Both the position numbers and the translations under genes were made by a program. From Selaginella moellendorffii (taxonomy: Eukaryota > Plantae > Lycopodiophyta), in contig NW_003314262.1 of NCBI RefSeq assembly GCF_000143415.4, positions 1,539,960 through 1,603,959 of the forward strand: DNA of 64,000 nt. The letters run 5' to 3'. The notes beneath the pieces were generated by a model. It worked only from the letters and a program-made list of their open reading frames with translations, did no database searches and was not told the DNA's origin. Below, one piece after another: positions 62,707 through 64,000 of the stretch (its first letter is position 1; each line of letters starts with the position of its first letter).

Positions 62707-64000
62707 GTGGCCCAAGGCCCTGAAAGTCGAGTTCCACACCATGTTCCTTTGGAACGTGGCATGTGACACGTGGCATAAAGAGGGTTTAGGTTCTGCTTCA
62801 TGGTGTTATCCTATGGTAAACCACCATAGGATAAAGGGTAAAAACCACATGTGCTACAGTATGATAGTATATATGCTCTCATGACACACTGCAACATATG
62901 CACCTAAAAGACTACCATCAAATATTTTTTGAGATGGTAAAGATAGAAATGGATACATGAGTATTATGAGTAGTATTGCGAAAAGAACACTGGCAAATAT
63001 ATGAAATGAAAAGTAAATGTTTTTAATTAAATATATAAAGTATAATGAGTTTATATTATTGATAAAGAATAAATATCGATAGAGTTGGAAAATCTAGTTA
63101 GCTCTAAAAGTTTTCTACAACTCAGCAATAATAAGACTTGTTTAGTGTATATGAATATCCACTTTAGGATCTTAGTGCAAAATGTTGATAAAGATGTAGT
63201 ACATATGTTTGCAAGGAGCATATGCCTTCCTATGTTCCTCGTGCTTTATAAAAGTCTGGACATATGCAAAAAAGAAAGTCTTGAATGGTAATTATGTACT
63301 CTCCACCTTTTGTTTTGACTATGTATTCCTTTGCAAGTGCAGTGATATACTTCATGGAGAAAATCTCACACTCAAGTGTTTGAGCTAAGCTTATTTACCC
63401 TACTTCTACTTAGAGATAGTACCAATAAATTTAACTACCTTACCTTTTCTTGCTAGATTTCTATGTATCTTTGTAGGAATAGTCTTGGTTCTATCACTTA
63501 TGTTTCCAACTCTCCTTTCAAGATTGAAACCAAATTTCTCAAGGTTTTCAATTTCATCTGAGGTGAGTGTGACCCCATTAACAACTAGCCATTCTTTAGG
63601 TACTGCATTAGGTTTAGTCACTATAATGTCTTTAAGTTGCTTCATATGGTTGCCATCGGTGTTATAACAATACAACTAGCACCATCTCAAAAATCTTGCT
63701 TGCTTGCATTTCCCATAGAAATATGGGGCTAGAACAAAAACAGATTTATCACCACAAATCTAGATTTAATACTTGCCCCTTGGAAACATCCCCACACACC
63801 TTACATTGGATTTTGCTAGCACATGGCGGAATGCTCATTGCTTTGGCTCCACGCTATGGTAAATGATTTCAATTTGCTGTGATACACTCTCTTTATCAAC
63901 CATTTAAGGTGGCTCAGTCCAAGAGCAGTGTCTTAGAGTAGAATGGTACTTAACATTAGACTTATAAGAGCTTTCCACTCCAAGGTCCGTGCCAACATCT

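Larger units (their letters stand above)
54578..62858 (+). mobile_element. Solo LTR (~1.12 kb net: 54578-55554 + 62712-62858) interrupted by Gypsy C
   Basis: Starts TGTTGCGAATGTGACTTCAGG and ends GTGCTACA, like the LTRs of element C. Flanks ATATG/GTATG (4/5 TSD match). The decayed copy at 16.1-17.2 kb spans the insertion point. Confidence 0.75.

Noticed and set aside
63240-64000. ORF 63406-63675 and flanking minus-strand coding-like sequence
   Set aside because: Surrounded by stops, truncated by the window edge, and with no identifiable family.

Overview
This is repeat-rich eukaryotic nuclear DNA. The 45-60 nt GT-AG introns, TTTAGGG repeat, plastid-type transit peptide and chromoviruses point to a compact non-seed land-plant genome such as Selaginella (inference). 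The window is dominated by two inverted copies of one ~13-kb cut-and-paste DNA transposon, at 788-13428 and 38406-51538. Each has 24-bp TIRs (AAGCTCTATTTCGTTAAAGTGGGA) and its own 4-bp TSD (AATT, AAAG), and each sits in a Ty3/Gypsy element. The transposon carries two divergent genes. One is a ~1,020-1,030-aa Sola1-like DDD/E transposase. The other is a multi-exon cargo gene that the ORF track splits into pieces. Spliced by hand it gives one ~1,640-aa protein: ParB/Srx-like domain, then a degenerate beta-class N4C/N6A DNA-methyltransferase fold, then acidic/Pro-rich linkers, then an FCP1/NIF HAD phosphatase-like domain. About 20 copies of a 24-bp palindrome (AATGGCRTG-N6-CAYGCCATT) are scattered through the element, notably inside its introns, and none were seen outside it. 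This cargo protein plus cognate palindromes is the main candidate novel system, possibly a sequence-specific anti-silencing or self-recognition module. The rest of the window holds three Gypsy elements with both LTRs and TSDs, solo LTRs, Gypsy relics and one intron-rich host gene for a coiled-coil protein. All domain calls come from motif recognition by eye; no searches were run.
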